Assembly (NCBI RefSeq): GCF_006345805.1
Contig: NW_021833310.1
Location: 1-27,901, forward strand
DNA from: Octopus sinensis
Taxonomy: Eukaryota
Length of the DNA: 27,901 bases
Direction: 5' to 3'
The notes under the pieces were generated by a model. The model saw only the letters and a list, made by a program, of their open reading frames with translations. It had not been told where the DNA came from and searched no databases. Each line of letters begins with the position of its first letter. Position 1 is the first letter of the stretch. Below are positions 1 to 11,483 of the stretch, piece after piece. The translations under genes and the position numbers were made by a program.

Positions 1-1825
1 CCATCGATGACCTGCCGTCTGTGCTTGCGCGGTTCGGCGTGGGCCTTGGCTTCCTCAGGTGGTTTATCGCTTTGTACCACAATATTGACTCGATAGTTTG
101 GGGTGAACAGTTTCCTTCGAAGCCGTTCTGCATCAGACGCTCGGTTGTCAAGGATGTCCGCGCTCACAACTTTTGTATGTGATGGCTCTGGAGCTCCTAC
201 TGCGAAGGTTGAGTGGCATCCCGAGAGAACCAGGTCTAGGAGGGTTTGTTACGGTTTACGCGGATGATATCACTATCAGCGTAACCTCAGTAGCACGCCT
301 ACGAGAAGTGGGTAAGAGTTTTGAGGCTTACGATGAGGTGGCAGGAGCAAAGATTAACCGGGAAAAGTCGGTCGGCTTGCAGCTCGGCACCTGGCAAGTC
401 GATGCCTTCAGACAGCGTTGTTGGGCGCTGGACGGAGGGACCGGTTAAGTTGCTGGGAGTTTGGTTTGGACCAGGCTTCCAGATAGAGTACTGGACGGAG
501 GTATTGAGCAGGGTGGCTGCAGTAGTCAAGACCTGGTCTTGGCGGTGGCTATCCCTGAAAGGGAGGGCGGAGGTGGTCAATGTGTTTATCGCATCGGTTA
601 TTACCTACCGCCTGACCGTCATGCTCTGTCCGGATTCGTGGTTGATCAGGTTGGAGAAACAACTCTTTCGCTTTTTGTGGAATTGCATCACCACTTGTGA
701 AATGCTCTGTCTGTTGTGAAAAGCCTTTAAAGGGAGGTTTAGGGATGACTTGGTTAATGATGCGCAGGCATGCGTTGAGGTTGAGGAGCCTCTGGATTCT
801 CCTGGATAGTGAACGGGTGTGGTCTCCGCTGGCCAGACAAATGTTCCCCAGTTCAAAAGTTTTTGCGAACAGGAAGCCTGGTGTTCTCGTAGACCGAGGT
901 CGAGTGAATGGCATTAAGAGTGCCGTAAGGTCCTCTTGCTATTCCTGCACATGGGCAACGCCAGCGGTGGGGGTTCCACAAGGATTTTATATAGTGGGTT
1001 GGAAGACTCAGAAAGCGACGATCGCCTGGGGGCGACTCTAGGTCTCGGGTTTATTCAATTGGACAGCCTGTTTCACCGTACATTCGGGTTGAGAACGTTG
1101 CACAACTTACAAAAGTCCTTAACCAGGCAATACTACAGAGGTGCCTTTCCCTGTGTGGGATAAGCTCGCAAGACACGGTGAGCGTCAGTCACCGACCTGT
1201 TCAAGATGTTGTGGGGGTGGGGGTGGGGCAGGGAAACCGTCCCTCACGCTATTGTTCAGTGTCCGGAGATATCTCAAATGTGGGCTTATGCTGAACACCT
1301 GTTGTCCGGCGAAGGAAGAGTACAGCTATCGACTGAGTCAATTATAAAAATTGACCCACTGGGAGTGTAAGAATTGTTTTCTCGCGGTTGTAGCAATGGT
1401 GAAAGAGGCAATACGAAAGACGGATAAAAGGAATTAAGACAGACAATTTTATCTTTGGCCACAATTTACGATCATTTTTTTCCTGTTCATTTGGAAAGGA
1501 AGCTGTGGCTGGAGAAGAGATGTCTGTCGGGGTGTACGTTCCAAAAGAGATGGAAGCATGTTACGCGAGTGTTGTGCGTGCAAGGAACCGTGTGAATAGA
1601 CGGGGAAAAAAAGATACCAGCGATGGAGCGGGGCTTGCGGGGTCGGAGCGTGGCCTGGTCGTCGCTTCATTTGTGCTGTCCCTGTATTATTAATTTCATT
1701 CGATTTTCTATATATTGTATTTAATTTTTTAACGTCACATTTTATGTAAAATCATACCGCATTACTGATCCCATCAGTTGTTCTGTCCATTTCTATGTTT
1801 GGCCCCCGGTGGGCAATAAAGAAAT
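1..1825 (+). mobile_element. 3' part of a decayed Tx1/L1-clade non-LTR retrotransposon (ORF2 RT plus C-terminal Zn-binding region, frameshifted)
   Basis: RT motif VYADDITISV followed by GAKINREKSVGL and WRWLSLKGRAEVVNVFIAS. A C-x2-C...ET..H...C-like stretch lies near 1170-1270. AATAAA at 1815-1820 probably marks the 3' end. Confidence 0.75.
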
Positions 1826-1829
1826 TGGT

Positions 1830-2175
1830 ATTTCGTCTGTCTTTACGTTCTGAGTTCAAATTCCGCTGAGGTCGACTTTGCCTTTCATCCTTTCGAGGTC
1901 GATAAATTAAGTACCAGTTGCACACTGGGGTCGATCTAATCCATATAGTCCCCTCAACCAAATTTTCTCGTCTTCTGCCTAGAGTAGAAAAAAAATCGTT
2001 AGTACGCCGGGCGAAATGCTTAGCGGTATTTCTACTGCCGCTACATTCTTAGATCAAATTCCACCGTGATCGACTTTACATTTCATTCTTTAGGTTTGGA
2101 TAAATTAAGTACCCGTTGAGTACTGGGGTCGATGTGATCGACTGTACCCCTCCTCACAAAATCCAGGTTTTGTGC
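1830..2175 (+). mobile_element. Two tandem fragments of an abundant cephalopod SINE-like repeat
   Basis: The motif ttctgagttcaaattcc..gaggtcgactttgcctttcatcc..gataaattaagtacc..tactggggtcgat recurs at 1845-1960 and 2045-2150, and again at ~7300-7440. Confidence 0.65.
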
Positions 2176-2178
2176 CTA

Positions 2179-2179
<1 letters not shown>

Positions 2180-2234
<55 letters not shown>

Positions 2235-2235
2235 T
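2180..2235. repeat. (CTA)n microsatellite
   Basis: Direct reading. Confidence 0.95.
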
Positions 2236-2239
2236 CATT

Positions 2240-2638
2240 ATTGAGTGAGAGAGCAGTGACACTGGGGTAAAATATACAAAGCCCAATATACCCATCATGA
2301 CTACCTGTCTGATAAGGGTACACTAGGCACATGCATCAGAACAATGTGTGCGCGACGTGGTGATCTCATATCAAGATAAACAGCACATGACCTTGTAAGT
2401 GGGGCCCAGTTAGAATTTTCTTCTAGTCGAGTAACCCATCCCGCTCAAAAGTTCCCTGAATAAGGGTTGTTTAAGGAGTGGCTGTGTGGTAAGTAGCTTG
2501 TTTACCAACCACATGGTTCCGGGTTCAGTCCCACTGCGTGGCACCTTGGGCAAGTGTCTTCTATTATAGCCTCGGGCAGACCAAAGCCTTGTGAGTGGAT
2601 TTGGTAGACGGAAATGAAAGAAGTCCGTCGTATATATG

Positions 2639-2671
<33 letters not shown>

Positions 2672-3068
2672 TTGTGTGTCTGTGTTTGTCCCCCTAGCAT
2701 TGCTTGACAACCGATGCTGGTGTGTTTATGTCCACTGTTACTTAGCGGTTCGGCAAAGAGACCGATAGAATAAGTACTGGGGTTACAAAAGACTAAGTCC
2801 CGGAGTCGATTTACTCGATTAAAGGCGGTGCTCCAGCATGGCCGCAGTCATATGACTGAAACAAGTAAAGAGTAAAAGAGAGAGAAACACCCATGTTTCC
2901 AGAGGTGAATTATTCAAATATCAAAGAATCTCTTTCAGCTCAAGGGCATGATGCTCCCCCACTACTTCTGCTCATGATCAGAGAGGTACATATCATCAGC
3001 CACTAAGGGACATGCTCAAATGGTTAAGGTCAAACAACTGACAAGCAAATCTGTGGTATTGAGCAGAA
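2240..3068 (-). mobile_element. ~530-bp (TAA)n-associated retroposon copy, split by a SINE insertion
   Basis: Homologous to 5353-5885. It is interrupted after gtttaagga (~2476) and resumes at aaacacccatg (~2885). Confidence 0.75.
2476..2885 (+). mobile_element. tRNA-derived octopus-type SINE with internal (TA)n(TG)n
   Basis: tRNA-like head gtggctgtgtggtaag...ggttcagtccc and tail gcggtgctccagcatggccgcagtc...actgaaacaagtaaagag. It is absent from the other copies of the host repeat. Confidence 0.75.
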
Positions 3069-3074
3069 TTATCA

Positions 3075-3160
<86 letters not shown>
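3069..3160. repeat. (TAT/AAT)n microsatellite
   Basis: Direct reading. It produces the spurious poly-Ile ORF. Confidence 0.95.
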
Positions 3161-3161
<1 letters not shown>

Positions 3162-5208
3162 GTTTGACTTTTGCTTTATGTTTGTACAAGTTGGCTCCAA
3201 GTCTTAGCCAGAGACCTCAAGAGACAACAGGTTGGAAGCTCACGTTGTTGTTATGCTTAGTGTGCCATATATTTGGGGGTTTTTTGGTGTTGTACTAGTG
3301 AATGTCTAATAAAAAAATTTTTTAAATAAATAAATAACATTGTTTTAAACCTTGAGATTACATAGAAAGTATTTTGCGTAGGATATGAGCAGTTCCCATG
3401 AGCACTATCTTTTGAATTTCTGCCATTTTGGGATTTCCTGGTATCTGAGTTAGGTAGCAATCAGCCCCTTTCGCTATCATTCCCAGGGCACCTATGACAA
3501 CAGGTATTGTTTTAGTCTTCAGGTTCCACATTTTGCTGATTTCTATTTCAAGATCTTTATATTTGCTCAGTTTTTGGTAGGTCTTGACAGATACGTTTAT
3601 ATCGATTGGGATAGTCATATCAATGAGGAGGCATGTTCTTTGTCTGAAGTCTTTCAATATGATGTCTGGCCTATTTGCATCTATCTTTCTGTCAGTTTGA
3701 ATGGTGAAGTTCCAGAGGAGTGAGGTGTGGTCATTTTCAAGCACTGGAGGTGGTTTGTGTTCCCACCAGTTTTTTTCATGGGGCAAATCCAGGTTTTTTC
3801 AAATTACCCAGTGAATATTTTGTGCAGCTCTATCATGCCTGTTGAGATACTCTGTAGGCGCTAGAAGACTGCACTTGGAGAAAACATGATCAATGGTTTC
3901 ATTTTGTTGTTGACATACACAACATGTTGGGCTACTGCCGATCTTTAATATGTTGGCCTCGTAGTTTCTTGTTGGTAGGCATTGATGTTGAGCTGCTATG
4001 ATAAACCCCTCTGTTTCAGATTTTAAGCCAGAGGCTATTAGACATTGATGGGTCAGGGCTTTGTCAATATCTGCATTATTCGCTCTCTTTGGGTATTTGC
4101 CATAGAGAGGTTTTTCTTGCCATTTATCATTCAGAATATCTAAGGCCGCAGTTTTAGCACGGGTTTTCATGCGCTTAGCTTTTTCTGTGCTTGTTTCTTG
4201 TATGTCTATCTCTAATTCCGAAATTTGTTGTATTCTGAATTCACTTAGATATTCCTTTGCCTGTTTTGTTACTGAGTATGATGCTTTCTTGTTTTCATGT
4301 TTTGAGACAAGTTTTAACATCCAGTCCTCAAACTTTTTCAGGTAGGTGTCTAGGCCAATTGTAGCAGTCTTCATTGTTATTGCCAGTTGTAAAAGACCAC
4401 GGCTTCCCTCTTTTCTTGGCATATAAAGTCGTTCTGTATCTGCCTTAGGGTGGTGCATTCTATTCATTGTCAACAGTTTTCGTATTTTTCTGTCAAGCTG
4501 ACATATTTCAGTAATTGACCAGTTAACGATATTGAAACTGTAAGTCACGACTGGTATGGCTAATGCATTGATCGCTTCGATCCTGTTTCACGCATTCAGC
4601 TCTGTCTTGAGTATTGCACTTACTCTTCGATAACATTCTCTCCTGATCCTTTCCTTCATCTCTGAATGCCTTATTCCGTCCTCTTCAATTACCCCTAGGT
4701 ACTAGTAGCTCTCCGCTGGGTCTAATTCTTTTATGACATTCTGCTGGTCAAGGTTAACGTTAGGTGTTTCTGTCATTTTTCCTTTGATAAAGGTAGCGTT
4801 TGCACATTTATCGAGGCCAAATTGCATTCTGATGTCGTCACTGAATTGTTTAACAATCGCTAGTAAGCCCTTGAGTTGTTGGTCATTTTTTGCAAAGAGC
4901 TTTAAATCATCCATGTAAATGAGATGATTTATATTTTTATCAAATATTTTATATCCGTACTGCGAGTCATTGAGCAGTTTTGAGAGAAGTATTAAGGCTA
5001 AACAAAAGAGGAGTGGTGATAGTGAGTCACCCTATAAAATGCCACATGAAATGTTTACATCACCAGCATTTAGAGATTCATTGTCACTGTTCAAATTTAG
5101 TGTGGTTCTCCATGATCTCATACTTACAATCAAAAAGTTTCGCAGAGTAGGTGCTATATTATACATTTCCAGGCATTTCTTAATCCATCTATGTGGTAGG
5201 CTATCAAC
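3161..5208 (-). mobile_element. 5'-truncated R4/Dong-clade non-LTR retrotransposon, family A (RT, CCHC, restriction-like endonuclease), decayed
   Basis: YMDDLKLF RT motif, C-x2-C...ETIDH...C knuckle and RLE motif RPDI...LIDMTIP.D.N...K..KYKDL. Flanked by (TAA)n on both sides. Confidence 0.85.
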
Positions 5209-5213
5209 TTATA

Positions 5214-5275
<62 letters not shown>

Positions 5276-5285
5276 TACTACTACA

Positions 5286-5352
<67 letters not shown>
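5209..5352. repeat. (TAT)n microsatellite
   Basis: Direct reading. Confidence 0.95.
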
Positions 5353-5353
<1 letters not shown>

Positions 5354-5885
5354 GAGTGAGAGAGCAGTTCATGCCATCAAAGTGACACTGGGGTAAAATA
5401 TACGAAGCCCAATATACCCATCATGACTACCCGTCTGATAAAGGTACACCAGGCACATGCATCACAACCATATGTGCGCGACATGGTGATCTCATATCAA
5501 GATAAACAGCACATGACCTTGCAGGTGGGGCCCAGTTAGAATTTTCTTCAGGTTGAGTAGCCCATCCCGCTCAAACGGTCCCTGAATAAGGGTTGCTTAA
5601 GGATGTTGAAAGAACCACCCATGTTTCCAGAGGTGAACTATTCAAACCCCAAAGAATCCCTCTCAACACATGGCTATGATGCTCCCCCACTACTTCTGCT
5701 CGTGATCAGAGATGCACATATCGTCAGCCACTAAGGGACATGCTCAACTGGTTAAGGTCAAACAACTGACAAGCAAATCTGTGGTATTGAGCAGAATATT
5801 TGCTGTAGCCCATCTTTTATACCAAGACAAAACAATGTACATGATAACACTTCCAATCAGTTAAGATCAGAAGCCATGAGAGCCA
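5353..5885 (-). mobile_element. ~530-bp non-coding retroposon embedded in (TAA)n
   Basis: Four related copies in the window (2240, 5353, 26036 partial, 26270). The partial copy keeps only the end adjoining the (AAT)n tail, consistent with 5' truncation and fixing the orientation. Confidence 0.7.
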
Positions 5886-5887
5886 TA

Positions 5888-5940
<53 letters not shown>

Positions 5941-6000
5941 TATATTATTATTATTATTATTATTTATTATTATTATTATTATATTATTATTAATATTATT

Positions 6001-7085
6001 CAGTAGTTTTATTTTTATAGCGTTTTTGTTGATTTGTTGTGATGCTCTGATGGTTATTGTATGGAAAGTATTCTGCGTAGGATGTGTGCAGTGCCTAGTA
6101 GTGCAATTTTCTGTATTTTATATGTGTTTGTAAGTCCTGGTGTTTTTGTTATATATTTGTCTGAATATTTTTTTATCGTGCCTAATGCACCTACTATGAT
6201 AGGAATTATTTCTGTTTTTAGATTCCACATTCTGGTTACCTCTATTTCCAGGTCTTTGTACTTTGAAAGCTTCTCCATTTCTTTTAGAGACACGTTGTCA
6301 TCTGCCGGTATTGATACATCAATTAGAAAGCATTTTTTTCTTCATGATCTCTGACAATTATATCTGGTCTGTTAGCATTAATTTCTCTATCGGCATATCC
6401 CAGAGAATGGTTGCTTTCTCGTTTTCTGTGACCTTTTCTGGTGTGTGCCTATACCATTTTTTTTTTCTGTTGTTATTCCATAATGTTGGCATAGCTTCCA
6501 GTGTATGTAGGTTTCAGCTCTGTCATGTCTGTGAATATATTCCTTCTTAGCCAGGACTGGGCAGCCAGAGATAATATGATTTATTGTTTCTTGTCCATCT
6601 CCACATATTCTGCAGTTACTTGTAATATTTCTTTTCATTACATGTTTTTGGTAATTTCTGGTGGGGAGGCTTTGGTCTTGTGCTGCAATTAAAAATCCCT
6701 CTGTCTCTGCTTTGAGTCCTGAGCTTCCCAACCATTGCTGGGATTTTTCTCTGTTTATTTCTTTTGCGTTTAGTTTAGTCCAGTATTTACCATGAATAGG
6801 CTTTTCTTGCCATCGTTTTATCATGGTTCGTTGCTGTTCTATTTTTAGTTTGGATTTCATTTGTTTTATAGTTTTTGTTGTTTCTTCATCTTCTTCTTCA
6901 TCTTCTTCTTCATATTTATTAGGTGGTATGATTTCTTGTTTGTATTTGTCAGCTTCCTTAAATACTGAGAACAGTTTATTGTTTTGCTCGCGTTTTGCCG
7001 CTATTTGTATCAGTTTTCCTTCCTTCTGAAGTAGATATTTTTGAAGTCCTATGGTGGTTATTTTATAGTAGTTTTCCATCTGTAT
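6001..7085 (-). mobile_element. 5'-truncated R4/Dong-clade element, family B (CCHC plus RLE), decayed
   Basis: CRICGDGQETINHIISGC and KLSKYKDLEIEVTRMW...TAHILRRILS motifs. Distinct in sequence from family A and flanked by (TAA)n. Confidence 0.85.
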
Positions 7086-7110
7086 AATATTATTATTATT
7101 ATTATTGCTG

Positions 7111-7198
<88 letters not shown>

Positions 7199-7234
7199 TA
7201 TTATTATTATTATTATTGTTATTATTATTATTAG

Positions 7235-7460
7235 TTTGATAAGGCGATGAGCAGGCCAAATCTTTAATACTCCGGGGAAATGCTTAGCGGCATTTCGTCC
7301 GCCTTTGCATTCTGAGCTCAAATTCCGCAGAGGTCGACTTTGCCCTTCATCCATTCAGAGTGGATAAAAATAAATTCCAGCTGATCATTGGGGTCGATGT
7401 AATCGACTAGTTTTCTCCCCCAATATTTCAGGCTTTGCGCCTGTAATAGAAACGATTATT
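7235..7460 (+). mobile_element. SINE-like repeat fragment (same family as 1830-2175)
   Basis: aaatgcttagcggcatttcgtcc...gaggtcgactttgcc...ggggtcgatgtaatcgact. Mirrored at 24600-24800. Confidence 0.65.
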
Positions 7461-7799
7461 ATTCTTTTTGTTTTACTCAATACATACGTAATTCTACTTC
7501 AGTTTTCTAATATTCCATACATTAAGTATGTTGACAATCAAATTATCTTTTATTTAACAAGTAGGTGGCAACCCTAACCATTCAGGACACGGCCGTCACT
7601 CTGAGAGGTACTTTCAAAATACCCGCATCACCTTCTTTGTTATGCTACATTTCACTGCTACCATACACCGATCTTTTCTCGTTTCTTAGATTTATAACGT
7701 TTTTATAAATCAGCCATTATGCACTGACCGTGTGTCTCTCTCTGTTTTTCTTTTCATCCCTTCACTATTTTTTAACATCTATACGTTATCGTGTGTGAA

Positions 7800-8130
7800 G
7801 GCGCATAGCACAGTGGTTAGAGCGTCGGGCTCACAAGCATGGGGTAGTAAGTTCGAATCCTGGAGCGTACCGTGCGTTGTGTTCTTGCGCAAGACTCTTT
7901 ATTTCACATTGCTCCAGTTTACTCAGCTGTAGAAATGAGTTGCGACCTCAGTGGTGCCAAGTTGTATCGGCTTTTACTTTGCATAACATCGGTTGCTTGG
8001 AGATGAGAGGCAGGTATGCATAGCTGACTGCTGATCTTCTATAAACAACCCTGCCCATTCTTGTGCTTCGGAGGGCAACTTTCCAAGTGCAGTCCCATGG
8101 TCATTCATGACCGAAGGGGTCTTTTTACCC
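7800..8130 (+). mobile_element. tRNA-derived SINE
   Basis: Pol III A box (tagcacagtgg) and B box (gttcgaatcc) in a tRNA-like head. Mirrored at 23910-24239. Confidence 0.75.
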
Positions 8131-8364
8131 TTCCTTCTTCTACGCGCCATTACTAACTTATCTATTCCTTACTCCGCCAGATTAGAGAGACAAAGTACTG
8201 GGGTCTTTGTTATCTACTTGGCTTCCATTCATCTCAAAATTTCTGCTCTTGTGTTTGAAGTAGATAGAATTATTAGTCACTCCCCACAAATAAATAAACA
8301 AATAAATAAATAATCCCTAAAACGTCAATTTTTGCTTTAACTAACCACTGTCTGATATTCACAG

Positions 8365-8591
8365 GGTAAGACCTGGTACAATACTATCACATATTGTTAC
8401 GAGAAAAGGTTAAGAAGTGCCTACCATCGGTCGCCAAAAATTTGTCGGTCTCTTGGCTCAAGACTGATGAAAATACAAAAGAGATGTTACATGCAGAATA
8501 ATTTCTGTACTATGGGCTGGAATCACCGCGAGGATCTGTGGCATATATTCAGTGAACCATTAGAAACAGCCAAATCACCTCATTATAAAAG
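8365..8591 (+). CDS. STC: Stanniocalcin-like gene, paralog L, internal coding exon (equivalent to vertebrate STC1 exon 3)
   Basis: ctaac...ttcacAG| acceptor and AG|GTAAGT donor. 227 nt, and only one frame is open: GKTWYNTITYCYEKRLRSAYHRSPKICRSLGSRLMKIQKRCYMQNNFCTMGWNHREDLWHIFSEPLETAKSPHYK. Spacing GK-x8-C-x15-C-x10-Q-x2-CY-x3-N-x-C-x7-E-x8-P aligns without gaps to human STC1 from G88 as I recall that sequence. Confidence 0.8.
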
Positions 8592-8999
8592 GTAAGTATT
8601 TGTTATTTTGGTTGTTGTTGATGGTGGTGATAGTAATAGAAAAGGTGGTGTTTCATGCAACACTTTTGAAATGTCAGCGAAATATCGGTGCCAGCTAATC
8701 ACTTAAGGAATTCTGTCATCCATTGTATTGTGTTTGCTAAAATCATGCTTGTAGATTTACTATCTTTGCTAATCTTAACTATTTCATTTGCTATTTCCTT
8801 TAATCGTGATTCACTGTAACCGCGTTGACATAATGACGTACAAAAGCATTTGCATGTTTCCAGTAGTCCCCTATGTCAGTACAAATTCATTTTTCCTCAC
8901 AAATTAGGATTTCGGATTTGACCGAATAAGATGATGTGGATGATCGAAGCGGTGATGGAGATAAATGTGGATTGACATGGCTTTGCAAAATAAGCGTCA

Positions 9000-10460
9000 C
9001 TGTTCTGCCTCCAGAAAACTTAACTTCTGTGTCCAAAAATTCAACGCTAGTCTTTGAAAAACTAGACGTAAATTTTATGTTGGGCTTAACAGTCACAGAA
9101 ATGCAAGAAGTCTATTAAACTATCCTGTGATCCTTCCCAGACAAAAGATACGCCGTCAATGAACCGTAACCAGAATATTGGTTCATGACTAAGAAGGAAT
9201 TTGAATATCTTCAGTAACTGTGTCTCGAATTTCGTCATGAAGACATTAGCGAAATTAACTGCCATGGGGGTACCCATGGCGCAACCCTTCATCTGGTGGT
9301 AAAATCTTTGTCTAAACTTCATTGTGTTACTTTCTAACACAAACCTCAATAATCTACAAAGAAAATTTGATGGAATACTTTTGTTTGCCTGCTATTCGAA
9401 GGCATCCATGCATGCGTCTACCTTTTCATTGTAGTCAATATTAGGATATAAGGATGAAACATCCATGGTTACCAAAAAAAAAAATGTTCTCAATACGGTT
9501 TCGGTGCTTCAAAAAAAGTTGCTGATTTTAGATACAAAATCAAAGGTATCCCGAATATATGAACTTGATCGTTTTGCGACGGGGAGTAGAAAGCCATCCA
9601 GCCAATCGGAAATTTTGACCGTGCAACATTCATATCCGCTGTAAATTGGACGCATTGGAGGAAATCTTTCGAACTTTTTGTGTATTTTAGGGAGACCATA
9701 AAATACAGGTGTTCTTCCTTCTGACTATAAATTCTTAGATTCAGCCTTATTAACGAAATAGTTTTCCTCCATTTCCAGAATTATTTTGTCAAGTTTCTCT
9801 CTGTAATTGGGGTTTGGATCGACAGGTAATTCTTCATATGAAGTTTTGTCACTTAAAACTTCTTCACAAGCCGAAATATACTCACTTTTGTCCATAATTA
9901 CGATAGCGTTTCCCTTATCCGCCATGTTAATAACAATAGAATCGTTATTAGCTGGACGTCGGAGTGCATAACGTTGGAAATTTGAGAGGTTATTCCAGGA
10001 CTTCTTTCCACTTGTGTTAAGGCTTTCTCTAATGCTTGCCTGGCAAGATTCACGGAATTCTAGTAGTGCTTGTGAACGTCCATCCCAAACTTTATCTGGA
10101 TACCAATTGGGATTCTTTTCAATCCAATTATGCCAGATTCGATAATCATCATTTTTTACTTTTAGTAAACATATGATTTTCTGACTCCTTGTTACTAGCT
10201 TTTTCAAAAAAATATTCTTTCAGCTTGTGACGCCGGACAAACTGAATTAACCCGTGAGCTAGTTTATTCTTGTGGAAATTCTTAGTGCTTGGGCAAAAAC
10301 TCAGTCCAAGCTCTAAGACTGAGACATCATCTGGCGAAAGTTTTAGTTTAGATAAATTTATGACAGACTTATTCTCTAGTGTGATGGTTTTTTTCTCAGG
10401 CAAGTGGTTTTCGGAGTCTTTTTCTCATTAGATTGCTGACTACATTTTGGGCTTTGCTCG
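9000..10460 (-). mobile_element. Decayed Penelope-like element RT (no GIY-YIG seen), intronic and antisense to STC-L
   Basis: VINLSKLKLS...LELGLSFCP, ADKGNAIVIMDK.EY, LVTMDVSSLYPNI, GCAMGTPMAVNFAN, WLRFIDG and IKFT...SVEFLD motifs. Homology stops after FSGG. Confidence 0.85.
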
Positions 10461-10470
10461 AAATCTTCAC

Positions 10471-10703
10471 TTAAAACACGGAACCTATTGAGTGATAAAA
10501 TTTGTTGTGAATGTTCACATGAGAAGTTATAACTTTTAGTCGCCTTCTAAGGGTAATCCATTTCTGGATGGGTGATAGAAAGTGTCTTCTGTGGTTTTGT
10601 AGACATTTGAAAAACCTTACTTTCGGGAAAGGAACAAATTTATGTTTTCGAGGCAAAATCTTAAATGTGCTCGCATTTTTGACTGATCAAATAGAAACTT
10701 CCC
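10471..10703 (-). pseudogene. C-terminal remnant of a Ulp1/C48-like protease ORF
   Basis: Mirror of 22001-22236 (FDQSKMRAHLRFCLENN..PFPK). The upstream part is deleted in this arm. Confidence 0.55.
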
Positions 10704-10854
10704 TGTGTGTGTGTGTGTGGTGTGTGTATGTGTGTGTGTGTTGTGTCTGTCTATCTATCAGTCTGTCTGATGTCTGCCTATTTGAGTGTGTTTGTCTGAG
10801 TGTTATGATTGACTGAGTTTTTGATTAAGACACCAATCTATTTTTATATTGTAG

Positions 10855-10960
10855 GTTGTGGGAAAATATTGCCAAGATAGCTAGAGGATGCAAAACGCCA
10901 TCTGGTGAAAAATTAGCAATATGGATCAATGCCAAGTTCAAGCCACTTAAATGTTTCTAG
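10855..10960 (+). CDS. STC: Stanniocalcin-like gene, paralog L, terminal coding exon
   Basis: tttttatattgtAG| acceptor. Continues the phase-2 split codon of 8365-8591 in the longest open frame, the only one that runs the full exon in both arms: (R)LWENIAKIARGCKTPSGEKLAIWINAKFKPLKCF*. The stop position is identical in both arms. Confidence 0.75.
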
Positions 10961-11036
10961 TTACTAGGAAGAATTCAAGATTTACTGGCTAGTCGGACTC
11001 TGTAGTATAAAAAATAACCAATTAATGATTATGAGA

Positions 11037-11042
11037 AATAAA
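11037..11042 (+). promoter_or_regulatory. Candidate polyadenylation signal of STC-L
   Basis: AATAAA 76 nt after the stop, conserved in the right arm (20842-20847, minus). Confidence 0.45.
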
Positions 11043-11396
11043 GTTTCATGCCACTTCTGCTAGATCATTGCTATTTTTACTCTTATTATTGTTTGTTTCC
11101 TTGTTTCACCCCAGGGCAGCCTCGAAACAGTGTTAACTGATGTTTCAACCGTAACCATCACGAAATGTTTTGTCTTTAAATAGATTTTCTCAAATTTAAC
11201 AAATATTATTTGTTTTAGTTTTTCGTCCATATTTATTTCGAATGTTTATTGAAAATACAAAGATAGGAAAATCATTTGAATCAACAAAAATACTATGAAC
11301 ATAATAGTTAAAGCAACAATAAAATAACAACAAAATCAACAAAATATGATGCTGCTGCTGATGCTGCTGGTGCTGCTACTACTACTACTACTACTA

Positions 11397-11445
<49 letters not shown>

Positions 11446-11446
11446 G

Positions 11447-11483
<37 letters not shown>

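Noticed and set aside
5722-5728. CTGACGA on the minus strand of the 530-bp repeat (also in the Tc1 TIR)
   Set aside because: No downstream stem II-GAAA-stem III-NUH arrangement.
7800-7875. tRNA gene
   Set aside because: A and B boxes are present, but the sequence continues into a SINE body and no clean cloverleaf forms.
8365-8591. C-type lectin or PAN-domain reading of the exon (CTLGWTH..DL.YIFS)
   Set aside because: Only a superficial motif. The gapless Cys spacing and intron phases fit stanniocalcin far better.
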